Below are positions 1 through 11,738 of a DNA stretch of 64,000 bases, in pieces. This stretch comes from Paecilomyces variotii (Eukaryota): NCBI GenBank assembly GCA_004022145.1, contig RCNU01000002.1; one strand, written 5' to 3'. The translations under genes were made by a program, and so were the position numbers. The first letter of the stretch is position 1; the number at the start of each line of letters is the position of its first letter. The notes under the pieces were generated by a model. It was not told where the DNA came from. It searched no databases and was given only the letters and a program-made list of their open reading frames with translations.

Positions 1-1123
1 GAGTGCGGTTGTCCTTTCCGGAGGAGAGAAGCAAGTCCGGATCGTGAGTACACCAGGAGAGGGACAGGACACCGGATTCATGTCCTTTCAGAGTCTATAG
101 ACTGTCAGCCGTATGCGACGGTCACGGCGGGCACGAACTTACTCTTTCTGGGGCATGTGAGTTACGGAGATCCCAGACAAGAATGACGGGATCTGACTCC
201 AGAGGAGTAGCGGTGATCAATTTAGTTGGCTGTTCCAGGTCAGAGCGAGTCCACAGCAGGTTCTGAGTACTCGTACCTTCTCCGGGTCCCAGGCCACGGC
301 GCTGACGGCTTTCCGGCCGAGGTTGTTCAGCGTCAGACTCTCCTTCTTTGTCTTAACATCCCAGACGGTCACGAAGCCTGCGCTGCTTCCAGTGACCATG
401 ATATGGGCGACCTTCTTGTTCCAATCCAAGCACTCAATGTCATCAGCGCGGGCTGCAGTATTTCCGAGGCGGAATGGGTTGTCGAGGTTGTTAATATCAT
501 TGATGTAAAGCTGCGAACGAGTCAGTGTGCTCCGATGCGGGACATTGACTCCTGATTGTAGGGCTGTGACCGTACCTCTCCTTTCGCTCCTCCGGTGGCC
601 AGGAGGTTCGAGTGTCGGGGGTTGAACTGGAGGGCCTTGATCGCTCCTGTATGCTTGCTGGTTCTCGAGACGAGAGGGTCACTGGAGAGAATTAGGTCAT
701 GTCGATAACTCTACGTAATTTGTCCTCGTACCTTGCTCCGCTGAGCAGCTTGTCGGCATCCCAGATATCCAAGGAGCCGTTCTCTAGACCACCGGCGATG
801 ACACCTCGCGTATTATCATCGGACTCTGCCCAAGCCAGGTCATTGAACCTGTAAGCGAATTAGATCCCGATCATCTCTCCATGCAACCTGTATTATCGAT
901 TCGAATAGCCATACCCTGAGTCGGTGGAAACCTTGGCGGTGGGTTGCAACTCCGTGCCCGCGTCCTCGCGATCCAACCCCAGATCCCAGAGCTCGAGGCA
1001 CGTCTCATTCGAGAAATTAACATCGACTGCCCCTGCTCGGGTTCCGGTCGCGATCAAGGGCGATTTGGCACCGGGAGACCAAGCGAAGGTGGCCGTCCGG
1101 GGAATTTCCCTTAGACGGACCAT
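1..1123 (-). CDS. SEC31: COPII coat WD40 protein Sec31, 5' part (gene runs off the left edge)
   Basis: ATG at 1123 gives [18 protein letters not shown]...[25 protein letters not shown], the Sec31 N-terminus. Later exons include [37 protein letters not shown] introns at about 849-914, 682-731 and 511-575 keep the frame. Confidence 0.93.
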
Positions 1124-1599
1124 ACTGACTGATGACGGAACGTTCTGTATGGGGTTTAACAATAGGCCGTAGCAGGAAGACGTATCATGAATAAAATCCG
1201 CAATGGAAATTTAGAACAAAAAGAAGGACAGCCGGAATATGGCAGGATGCCCTTTTCTTCCCAGAAGCACCCTGGAAGGGGTGTAGAGATGGCTGGAAAT
1301 GCGACACTGGACAGCAACAGTAAATACCGGGATGCCTCCAAGTGTCCTTCTGGATGCGATCTTGGGGCAACTCACGACTAGTTCACACGCTAGCCTGCGC
1401 GCGCGGGTCCCCGGCACGTGATACCGTCTTTTCGGGTCCCGTTCAGAGACAGCGATGGAGGGACTCGAGGAGGATAATTATACATATAAGTTAGATAGTG
1501 TCTGACAGTCTCTCGCGACCACGCTGCTCCAGTCTTACAGCGTCCATCTACTGTCTTTGTGTGGCCTAGTAGAAAAACAGAAGGGCCTCATCCTCCACC

Positions 1600-2125
1600 A
1601 TGTCGGAAGCAGAACGCCTCAAAGCAACCGTCTATGTGGGCGGGCTCGACCAAGCGGTTACCGCTCACACGCTGACCGAGGCCTTCCTCCCCTTCGGCGA
1701 GATCGTCGATATCTCTCTCCCCAAGCCTGATCTGCCCTCATCGACCGATCTGCACAGGGGCTTTGGCTATGTCGAATTCGAATTTCCCCCGGATGCCAAG
1801 GAAGCGATCGATAACATGGACGGAAGCGAACTGTACGGCCGGACGATCAAGGTAGCGGCTGCCAAACCGCAGAAGGATAGCAACGAAGGACTGGGTAGCA
1901 AGACTGCAATTTGGGAACAGGTTGGTTTTATTACTGTGCTACTCGACCTTGGCATTAGCAACTTACTGACTACGCATCCTACAGGAGGGCTACCTGGCCA
2001 AACATGCCGTGAGTGAAGAGGATCGATTGGCCGCTGAAGAAGCCCGGATGGGCGCCAACGGCCGTCCTGAAGATCCCATGCAGGGTCTGGAAGGACTCGA
2101 CGTGGCAGGACCAAAACCTGAATGA
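1600..2125 (+). CDS. RRM-domain protein resembling the RRM of cyclophilin E (Cyp33/PPIE), with no PPIase domain
   Basis: RNP2 TVYVGGL and RNP1 HRGFGYVEF are followed by AIDNMDGSELYGRTIKV. Intron 1921-1985; exon 2 reads EGYLAKHAVSEEDRLAAEE...GPKPE* with TGA at 2123-2125. Confidence 0.85.
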
Positions 2126-2377
2126 ACTTCATGTGCGGACGCGACAATCATGAAAAAAAGAAGAAAAAGAAGACGGAGAGTAAAAGGACAGTAATGTTGT
2201 CATATTCCTCCGCGGAAACTCCTCAAACCGGGTCATACTATATACACATATGCTCCCAATGACTCGGTAATCCCTGGCATTTTCTGCAGAATCAATGTTC
2301 TGTCATTATTGCCGGCCCGTGCACAATTCCAGTCCCATCATCCTCCATCATACAGTCCAAAAGAGATGGTGGTACAT

Positions 2378-2988
2378 TTAGTGGGCACGGTCCTCAGGGC
2401 GGTTGCGGGACAGACGGAGGGTCTTGTCCGACGTGAGCTTGTGGATGCAGGAGTAGATACCAGCTCCGACAGCGACGCTGAGAGTGTCTGGGTTAGCTGG
2501 GGGAGAATAGGATGGGATAGCATAGGATGTGATGTAGATGTGGGAGGCCCAAGCGGAAGCGGGCGCTTTGGCATTGGAGGTAGATATTAAGACTAGCACT
2601 TACCACAAGACGAAGCCTGTTTTTGGAAATGTTAGTTTTCTGTAGAATTTGACATTCTGGGGTGCAGTGTAGGTCACAACATACCCAGCGGGATCAGCTC
2701 TGGGGGCATCTTCTTGATCTGGCGGAGACGCTGAGAGATCGTGTGGGCTGGTCAAAGCAGTCAGTTCCATCCAATTGATCCAATTGCATCTGCGAGATCC
2801 TCGAGAGCATCATGGCAGTCGCAGTGGGAGAGCATACCGCTCTGGGCCTCCTTCTGTGAGAGCACGTTAGCATGACCGTGGATCGAGAAAAAGGTCACTT
2901 GAGGGGGACCCCACGAGGGCAGACTTACGGGAGAGGCATAGTACAAGGGCCGCGAGGGCTGCATCCTCAGAACACGAGTGGGATACAT
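2378..2988 (-). CDS. Small mitochondrial membrane protein of the NDUFA4/MLRQ (B12D-like) family, 83 aa
   Basis: Five exons (2929-2988, 2838-2853, 2685-2747, 2604-2616, 2378-2477; 252 nt) with canonical splice sites give MYPTRVLRMQPSRPLYYASPKEAQSAHTISQRLRQIKKMPPELIPLGFVLCVAVGAGIYSCIHKLTSDKTLRLSRNRPEDRAH. PPELIPL followed by one TM helix and D-x-x-L is the MLRQ/NDUFA4 pattern. The ORF track shows only fragments. Confidence 0.8.
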
Positions 2989-3296
2989 GATGGACGGTGG
3001 TGGTGGGCTGTCGAGATGGTGACGTGAAGCTAGGTCAAGGTCGAAGGGAGGAAATGTCGTAGTCTGTCGTAGTCTCGGGTGTTTAGGAAATCATGCGCCA
3101 CGAGTGGCTCGCTAGCCGTCTGCGGCCAGGCCGGCTTCCCAGCTCCGCCGGTCATTCCACCAGCACCAACTCGAACCCAACCTTACCTTCTAACGTCCTT
3201 TCTTCGCAGCTCTTCCATCCCACCGTCGCCGCCCGACCACGCCTCCATTGCGCTTGTTTCGACCTCAATTGCTCGTGCTCTTCTTCTCTCGTCAAA

Positions 3297-4036
3297 ATGG
3301 GTGCCATTCCTGAAGCTGATCCCGATGAGCCTCTCGAAACCAAGCCCTTCAAGTTCGTGACAGGTGAGCCACTTTTCACTGATCTCTCGAGGCTTCACGC
3401 CCGCGCATGAACGTCAATTGCTAACAAGATCGCAGCTGGTATGTCCTGGTCATCGTGACGGCCGATTGCTCTCAAACATCGCCGTTGGCTCTGCTGAGCC
3501 CACCACTGACAATCTCATCCATCGACAGGCTACGATGCTCGCTTCCCGAACCAGAACCAGTACGCGACTTCCGTCTTGATATCATGCCCATACCACGGTG
3601 GCTAACTCACACTCTGCAGGACCAAGCACTGCTGGCAGAACTACGTCGACTACTTCAAGTGCATCAACGCCAAGGGCGAGGACTTCCGCCCGTGTCGCCA
3701 GGTACCGATCCATATTATCTCTTTCCATCTGGTCCCCGTGCCTCGATGCCGTCGAGGATATTATGAATCCCGATCGATCGAGCGGTGATTGGCTGTGCAT
3801 GGACCCTTGCTGATGTAACCGTCTGAACTTGCAGTTCTACCTTGCTTACCGCTCTCTGTGCCCCAAGTCCTGGACCGACCGATGGGATGACCAGCGTGGT
3901 AAGTCGCCTTTTGTGCTCCGTTGTTGAGCACTCGCAGTTCTTCTTTTTCCTTTATGTAAGAGAGCATGTGGCGTCAGCGGTTCTAACTTTGTGCTATCCA
4001 GAAGCCGGAAACTTCCCTGCTCGTCTGGACGCGTAA
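3297..4036 (+). CDS. COX12: Cytochrome c oxidase subunit VIb, 93 aa
   Basis: Exons 3297-3363, 3436-3438, 3529-3559, 3620-3701, 3835-3898 and 4002-4036 (282 nt) give ...FVTAGYDARFPNQNQTKHCWQNYVDYFKCINAKGEDFRPCRQFYLAYRSLCPKSWTDRWDDQREAGNFPARLDA. This has the COX6B DARFP motif and four Cys. Confidence 0.95.
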
Positions 4037-5168
4037 ATGACGAGATTCCGCTGATCGACGCACGAGATCTCCATGTTCATGATCCAACGTGTAAAGTATC
4101 CGAAGCATCCGGGCCGAAAGTTCGACTCTTTGGATCTCTTGGAGGCAGGAATGTTGTACAGTACATAGAGTCGCGTCCCCTAAAGAGCAATGAGAACCCC
4201 AGGACTTTTGATCTGGCTGAAATATCGACTATCGTCCTTTCTACTAGCGAATGCATCTCTAAATAGAAACACCGCCAAACCCATAGACCCGTCTCCTGGA
4301 ACCCCTTTACTCTGCAGGCCTGACGCCAAATCAAACTAAACTATTATACGTCCGTAGCTAAGGTATTCAAATTACTCCCGTCAATGCGAACTCGGGGCTA
4401 CGGGGGGCCGGTCTGCTCACGTGACTTCGCTTAGCCGCATCCCTGCCGTTTGGCGCCGGGGATGTTGGCGGAATCTGGCAAGAGAACCATGAGATCCAAT
4501 TCAACGCTCCGTCTCATTGATCAACAGCATTCTCGGCTCTGAAGAACTCTGGCGCTTGTTCTCCGCAACTTCTCTGCAGCATTGAGCAGGTGGACTGGGA
4601 CGTTTACTGATCTGCAGGCCCCCCCAACTAAGTTCGGGTCGCTAGGAACATCTACATCGGGCTCGCCGCTCAAGATGACTATAATTTGAGTCTATACAGC
4701 CAGGACAACCGTGGTAGACTACCTCTCTCCGTTCCCAAAATGTCGATCCTGTTTCTTTAAGGCATTACGCTGCCGTCAGGGCTATGGGGCCCCAAGCATC
4801 AGATAGAGATCTAGGTCCACCCTGAACACCCGGAGTTGCTTGGCTTGGAAGAATGTCTCTCCCCTACTCCAGTGTGGGTAAGTCATATCTGTGAGGGGAG
4901 GCAGCTGATGCTGTAGATATAACCATCAAGCACCCTTCTGACAATCTTGTACGATGTCGGGCGCCCCGTCTCTTTCGCCGTCTCTCTTTGGCCCAGTTGT
5001 TCCCTTTCTCTGAAATGTGTCACTCCCATACACTCATTTGTATTGATTAATTAATATTTTTCCCCGGTACACATTTAAACTTTTGTTTAATACTGTTCTT
5101 CATATTTCATATTACTACTATAATTGTTGGCCCTTGGCATCAACTCCCTCCGGTTGTGAAGTGACAAG

Positions 5169-7011
5169 ATGCGTTTCGCATCCAGTATCAAGTATATCCT
5201 CGGATTCTGCACGGCGTTCTCAACGCTGGCAGCGGCAGATATCTGCCAGACGCTCAAGCAGCAGAATGAAAATGTGGACTATGCCGCATCTATCCAATAT
5301 GAGACCGAAATTAACCATTACTGGTCTGCGGCATGCTCGGATCTCCGTCCTTCCTGCATGTTGTTTCCCTCCAGTGCAGAGCAGGTCGCGGATATAGTTC
5401 GCGCTCTCCAGGATACGGACGACTTCTTTGCCGTGAAGTCCGGTGGCCATATGCCAAACAATGGGTTTGCCAGTATCCAGAATGGAGTGCTTATCTCGAC
5501 CAAGAATCTCAACCAGGTGGTTTACGACCCGGACACTCAGACTGCTGTTATTGGACCCGGTCTTGCTTGGGAAGATGCTCAGAAGGGGCTGGACGGCACT
5601 GGCCGTACCATTGTAGGTGGTCGTATCGGTGGTGTTGGTGTTGGAGGTTATCTCCTTGGAGGTGAGTCTCTTGCAATTCAGTCTTGGGGACATTCCTGTT
5701 TGGGCGTCTAACATACCTGATAGGTGGCTTGAGTTTCCTCAGTTCCCAATACGGCTGGGCGGCGAACAACGTCGTTAATTTCCAGGTAGTCCTTGCTAAT
5801 GCTACGATCGTGAATGCCAATGCCAAGGAGAACACCGGTAAGACAGACATTCAAGAAAGACGGGTCGGGAACAAGACTAAACATTATAGACCTCTTTGCT
5901 GCTCTCAAGGGAGGCGGTAATAACTTCGGTATCGTGACGGCATACACCATCCAGACACACCCCATCTCGGAGAAGGTAAGCCAGACTATATTTCCGCTAC
6001 TGAATGAAAACCTAATTATAGCAGGTTTGGGGAGGTAACTATGTTTTCGACTCGAAACAGACCCCTCAGGTTCTCGAAGCCGTACGCTCTTTCACCGAGA
6101 GCTATCCAGATGATAAGGCTGCTGTCATTGTCACGACTGAGCATGCCGCTGTGCTCAACACCTGGATCATTTTCTTGTTCTACGATGGCCCTAGCCCTCC
6201 CGAGGGTGTTTTCTCCAACTTCACGGCTATCGGACCCGTCATCGACTCTACGAAGACATGGGATTCCTACTATGACCTGGCCAGTGATACCGCTGTTTTT
6301 GAATGAATAAGGAGTGCTGACTTTATCTTGCAGCTTAAAAACAATGACCAGTTCATCCTGCAGTAAGTTCGCCCATATATGCAGAAGGCTTATTTATAGT
6401 GATTGACCGGATACAATAGCGGACAACGATACACCATCGCCACAGAGACAACGCCCCTTCCGAACAAGACCGTCGGTGCCGAAGTCATGCAGTCATACTA
6501 CGACCACTTCTTCAACGTGTCTTCGAGCATCCTGGAAGTGACCGGATTGATTGGCTCTTTTGCTTTCCAGCCCATGCCTCGCACCATTACCAGCAAAGCC
6601 AAAGCTCTCGGCGGGGTAAGCGCTCCCCTAGTCTCCTTACCGCATGGCGGTTTGTTTCATGGTCACACAATATACTGATCACCCTTCAAACAGGACATCC
6701 TCGACCTTCCCACCGACCAGGACTATATAATCTTCGAGATGGACTTCTCCTACTCTTTTGCCATCGACGACGAGAAGGTGGACGCTGCCAACCAGCAGCT
6801 CTATAACGGTCTTGGTGAGCTAGTGGAGAAGCACATTGACGGGGGTCTGTTGCCTGATGTCTACCGACCCCTGTTCATGAATGATGCCTACTACCGCCAG
6901 GACTACTGGGGCCGTGTCCGCACGAAGGAGACTGCGTTACAGACCAGACTCAAGTACGATCCTGATGGATTCTTCCAGAAGAGAACCAGCGGAGGATTCA
7001 GACTCAACTAG
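5169..7011 (+). CDS. Secreted FAD-linked oxidoreductase (FAD_binding_4, VAO/BBE-like)
   Basis: Signal peptide MRFASSIKYILGFCTAFSTLAAA; FAD motif FAVKSGGH; GVGGYLLGGG; DLFAALKGGGNNFGIVT; C-terminal KYDPDGFF. Several short introns, one of them GC-AG (6280-6333). Confidence 0.88.
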
Positions 7012-8964
7012 ATACTCTGGGTTCTCGACAACGGACCGAATGTACTGAATTCGGGCGCCTTTTGCGTTTCCCCTTTTATATTTTGGATATAGCATCCTAT
7101 AATCTCGACAATACTTGGGCCATACAGCCTGCAGGCTTCACTTAGTCTGCGTACCTTACGTGAATTGGTATAATCCTTCCACTCATTGCTCCTTCAAGCT
7201 TTGATTCCATATAATCTCTCTTATCCCTGCGCCCTCTGATTGTTATTATCATTATTATGATTATCGCCCTCAAGGAGCGAAGACGAGAGTTCCGCATACT
7301 CCAGCGACAACAGGGGGTGTTCCTTTAAAGTTAAACTAAGTAAGCTAGGCTTATGTCAAAACTACTCATTAGTTCGGCTAGGTTAGTAAATCTCTTAATC
7401 ATCATTATCAACGTTGCACAGCCTACGTAACCTACGTAACTTGACAGGACGCAGCTAGCCGTTAGATTTGAACTCGAAGAACTAAATCGCGCCTACTTAA
7501 CTTACCCCTGTCCCCGAAGACCTTTTTGTTTGGTTCGGTTTTCTTTTCCACTCTGACCGCCTCACTTTTTGTCTTTCCTCTAACAATGCGCAGTATAGAG
7601 AGTACATAATCACCAGCGAGCGTATACATTATAGTACGGGTATTTTCAACATCAATGCAGACACACTCAGGTAGACGTATTGACCAATCGACTGAAGCTA
7701 CTAGAAAGCAAAGCAATCTACAAAAGTAGAACCTATACGCAAGAACTAGAACTATTGCGTAATTACGTACATACAACTGTAAGTAAGAAAGTAGAGCTAC
7801 AGCTGTTCTCACTTTTTCTGTTTTTAATAATCATTTAATATCTATGAGTTTTCGTTCTTTGATTGGTTGGTTGGTCGGTTAGATAGACGCTTCTTCTCCA
7901 TCAAGTAGTATCTATGACCTATATGGGGCATCTTGTAAGTTTATTGTTTATTTCACTATCCGTTTTCGAAGAAAGATATGCAAGTGAGAGAGAAAGGCCC
8001 CTACTCGGAGGCTGGAGGGTGGTTTCGGCTGATGCGCAGTCGATACTTCGCTGCTTGCCGCCCAGGAAGAACGGGTAGGTATTAATGGCCTGGTTTTCGT
8101 GTTGCGCGACTCCTTGTATGGCCGTTGAGGCCAAACTCGCAGTCCCACAGCTATTCCTTTGCATACGTAGGCTCTGCTAATCACAATTAAAATAGCGTAT
8201 AAATATTCTGAGGTCAAAAGTTACTGGTGTTGGACGTCTGCAGTGTCTTTGGTCAGTGCTGCGCGGGTAGCAATGTATGTATGCAGCGCCGATTGTGCAG
8301 CAAGTATAATCGCTGAAATTATAGATCCCGAAAATCCAATAGAAAGCTGGTAATCAATTTGGAAAGAACATATTTATTTCCCTTTTGTTTTGCTATTAGA
8401 CGTTTCATCGTGAGAAACATAAAAGGGACGCATACATAGTATTTGAGTGGCCAGGTGATTCATATTTCTAGAATAACAATAAAGGGAACTTCTCATACTC
8501 CTATCTCACTCAGAGTTGGCTGGTACTTGGAATTTTACCTCGCTTGCTAGCAAAAATAAGGAATATATGCAAGGCGAGACATGGGTAAGTCACTTCCTGC
8601 AAGTCCCTATATTGTAATATAAGATCTCATTTGCAATATTTGAAACCTTGCCTTGGCCATCCATCGATATTCCCTATCGAGGTATATACTTAATCTAGCA
8701 ATCATCCTGGATTGCGCTTCAGACGACTCTCCCGTCATGGATTTTGGTCTCAGGCGGCCATTCCGAACCGAGTTTGTCCCATTTGTCTCTAATATATATC
8801 CCAAGAGATTGCCGGAGAGATTTGCAAATTGTAGAGCAGAAGCCATTCTTCGATGGCTATCTATTGGCGGACTGGGGGATCGGTGGTGCTTATGCATGAA
8901 TTTTGGAAGGATACTTAGTAGGGGAGAACGGCCGTGGAGAACTGCGACAGCCACGTCAAGTTAT

Positions 8965-8966
<2 letters not shown>

Positions 8967-9041
<75 letters not shown>
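8967..9041 (+). repeat. Poly-T homopolymer, 75 nt
   Basis: Uninterrupted T run, counted directly. Confidence 0.95.
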
Positions 9042-9044
<3 letters not shown>

Positions 9045-9539
9045 TCTCTTTCTCTTCTTATTCTTCATTTTCATATCTGAGTTTCCAGCTACTATACGAT
9101 ATATCCGTACTACTATGCCCTGGACAACCTGGCCATCGTTGGCTGTATGTACTATGGGACGTTTGCTAGATGTTCTGCCCATCACCGCCTGTGCCAGTTG
9201 ATGATTTAACTATACTGTAAAATAATACGCGATTTGTACTTTTCTTATTGATATCCTCTTGGTTCGTTGGCGCTTATCAGGCTCTTAGACCTGGACAATA
9301 TCTATTTGAACAGATTTGATACAGACCACACTCTCCAGTTAGATCCCCTGGGTTTGTATAACAGTTCAATGCAATTTATATACCTCACGCTGACCTTCCA
9401 TAACGATATCTAAGCAATCCTGTGTCGAATCCTGTGTATTCTGAACTCTCTTTTTCAACTCATCCTACGTAGAGCTTTCAGATTCCGATCTTGTAATAGC
9501 TCCGATACAACTTCCATCCTAACCAAAAGCAGCTCTGGA

Positions 9540-9840
9540 ATGGCTTCACGTGAAGCTACTGTACCAGTTGCTAATAGTGGTACCCCAAAACAGAAAACGA
9601 AAGAGTGTGTCAGCTCGGACGTCGAGAAGCTTTTACAGCAGACAATCGACCAGCTTGTTTGAGAAGGAAAAGATGGAAAGACACACTCAATCCGAACGAG
9701 ATAATCGTAAAATGCAAGAGAAATTTTGGTGTAAAGAGGATAGGAACCGGAAGCTTCAAGACCAACTGTTGGAGCTCTCATTTCCATATGATCCACAAGA
9801 TCGGCACAACAAAGAACAACTGTTTAAGGATCAGATTTGA
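9540..9840 (+). pseudogene. Possible frameshifted relic of a coiled-coil protein gene
   Basis: ATG 9540 reads MASREATVPVANSGTPKQKTKECVSSDVEKLLQQTIDQLV*. An overlapping frame continues EKEKMERHTQSERDNRKMQEKFWCKEDRNRKLQDQLLELSF. Both halves are charged and helical-looking, but I recognise no family. Confidence 0.3.
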
Positions 9841-10579
9841 TATTTTGGTCTCGAATTGCAGTAGTCCTGAGGGATCAATTCAGCTTATTTGACGGAAAGA
9901 ACGCCCTCACTGTGGATGATCGTTGAGCCGAGCTATTCTCTTAACCGCTGTGCTTTTCGTACACTGCTTTTAATTTAAGTCGTTTGTCTGTATCAGTATA
10001 TATATTCAATCTAGATTTCCGGACATATATCCCCTCCCTATCCCAAATCCCAATACTCCAACCCAGCCTATTCTAATTCTAGATGAGTCATGTATATGGT
10101 GTAATCTGTTGTACACATCAGTTTCTGTACTGTACATGATGAGAAAAAATAACTTCTGTATCCTGGAGACCAGGTATCTGTGCGTGTCGCAGGGGAAAAG
10201 ATTGAGCGGCACGGCCTATGATAAGTCAGATTCGTCAGTATTATAGCTCGATGAAATGAGCAAAGATAGGGAGGATCCCCGAGTTCTAGAAGTCAAGTGC
10301 TGCTCCACGTTCCTCCAGCGGTTGGGTTGTATTATCCTTTGGTAGGTTGCATCGAGTGTGGAGGATAGTGAGAAATTTCGGATGACGGTTGTGGACAGCG
10401 CTTCGCTGTCATGTCAATCTCCGCGGAGATATCATCTGCTTGGCCGCAGACTCGGATCAAGGAGTAATGGATCAGATGGTCTCATCGGCTCGATTAGTTT
10501 ATCGGAGCCGGCTCTTTGTCTCCCCTCTTTAGTTTGACACCCCACGAGATGCCTCTAGTGTTGCCCTGATGGGGCCCAT

Positions 10580-11738
10580 TTAGATCTCCTCGTGAGGAAT
10601 TCCCTTCAGTCTCCGATAAATCTTCTTGTGCTCCTCCAGGAAGATGAACGTCGCAATGGTCTGGGGTCCCAGACGGATGAAGCTGGGTGTCCATCCGCGG
10701 AATGCCCAGCTGATGCCTTCCTTCCGACAAATCTCCTTCAGCAAACCCAAGAGACTGTGGCCGTGAGACTCCGCGGGCGAAGCGCTCATGACACGGGTCT
10801 TGATCACATCGGCAGGACTGCAGACGGTGGTTGCTACAAACCCTGCCAGGAAAGAAGCCGTGAAGTGTGTTGTCAGATTGTCCGACATGCCGAGTTGGTG
10901 GATGCAGAGGCGCTTGAAGCTGTCGTACGACGCGAGCTGTGAGGCCGTCATGAGCACCGCTCGGGTGGAATTAGGCCAGAGACCACGGAACATGCTCCCT
11001 GTTCCTTCACTCTTGACCATCTGGATTAAGCCGTGGAAGGCGTGCTTGTAATTGCGCCGTTTCTCCGGAGGTAGCGCAGCGTCGGATTGCATGCGAACGT
11101 TGATAACATCTGCCGGGTTTCCCACCAGGCCACCGATGAAACCGGAGAGACATGCTATACCAACGAGTGTAGTTGTCGAGGGAGGGGAGGAAGAAGAAGT
11201 GGTCGCACGATTCTTGAGCTCCTCGTACACACCGAAACGAGTCGTGGAATACGTGATCTGCCGCAGGAGGGATGCGGAGAGCTATTTTTTTAATCACACA
11301 TGACATTAGCAACCACCATCTAGTCTTGCAACGTCAAGATAAGCAATTCAACGTTCCACATACCCCATTGTACAGACCCAACACACCATTATTCTTGACC
11401 ACATGCACGAAAGTCTTCAGCATACCCTTGGGATCTCCATGCTTACGGGTTTGTAAGCGGACCTATATGGAGAAGAATTGAGGTCAGCACGGGAGAAAAG
11501 GGTGACAAATGCCGTGATTCTGAACTCTGGCCGAATATCTACCTTCACTAACCTCAAACAGTCAGTAAGAAGATGTGTTGTGAAGCCTCAATGGCATGGC
11601 GGAAATAGACTCACCCAGATCCAAAGGATGCGTTACCGCGGCGGCGCAGCATGAGGCCGAACCGCCAAACCAGAAGGGATAATGGACCTTCTGCCGGGGC
11701 GCAGACTGCGCATCTCCTGACGACCTGCTACCTGTCAT
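10580..11738 (-). CDS. DIC1: Mitochondrial dicarboxylate carrier
   Basis: ATG 11738 gives ...HYPFWFGGSASCCAAAVTHPLDLVKVRLQT (via a 5-nt exon at 11543-11547), then LSASLLRQITYSTTRFGVYE, GNPADVINVRMQSD and CSPADVIKTRVM. These are three PX[DE]XX[KR] carrier repeats with DIC-type motifs. Confidence 0.9.

Noticed and set aside
4350-4470. tRNA-box-like text (tagctaagg...ttcaaat) and a GC hairpin (catccc...gggatg)
   Set aside because: No cloverleaf can be built and the spacing is too short. A single hairpin does not support an ncRNA call.
8653-9201. 182-aa poly-Phe ORF and antisense poly-Lys ORF
   Set aside because: Both are produced by the poly-T run and have no other protein-like features.
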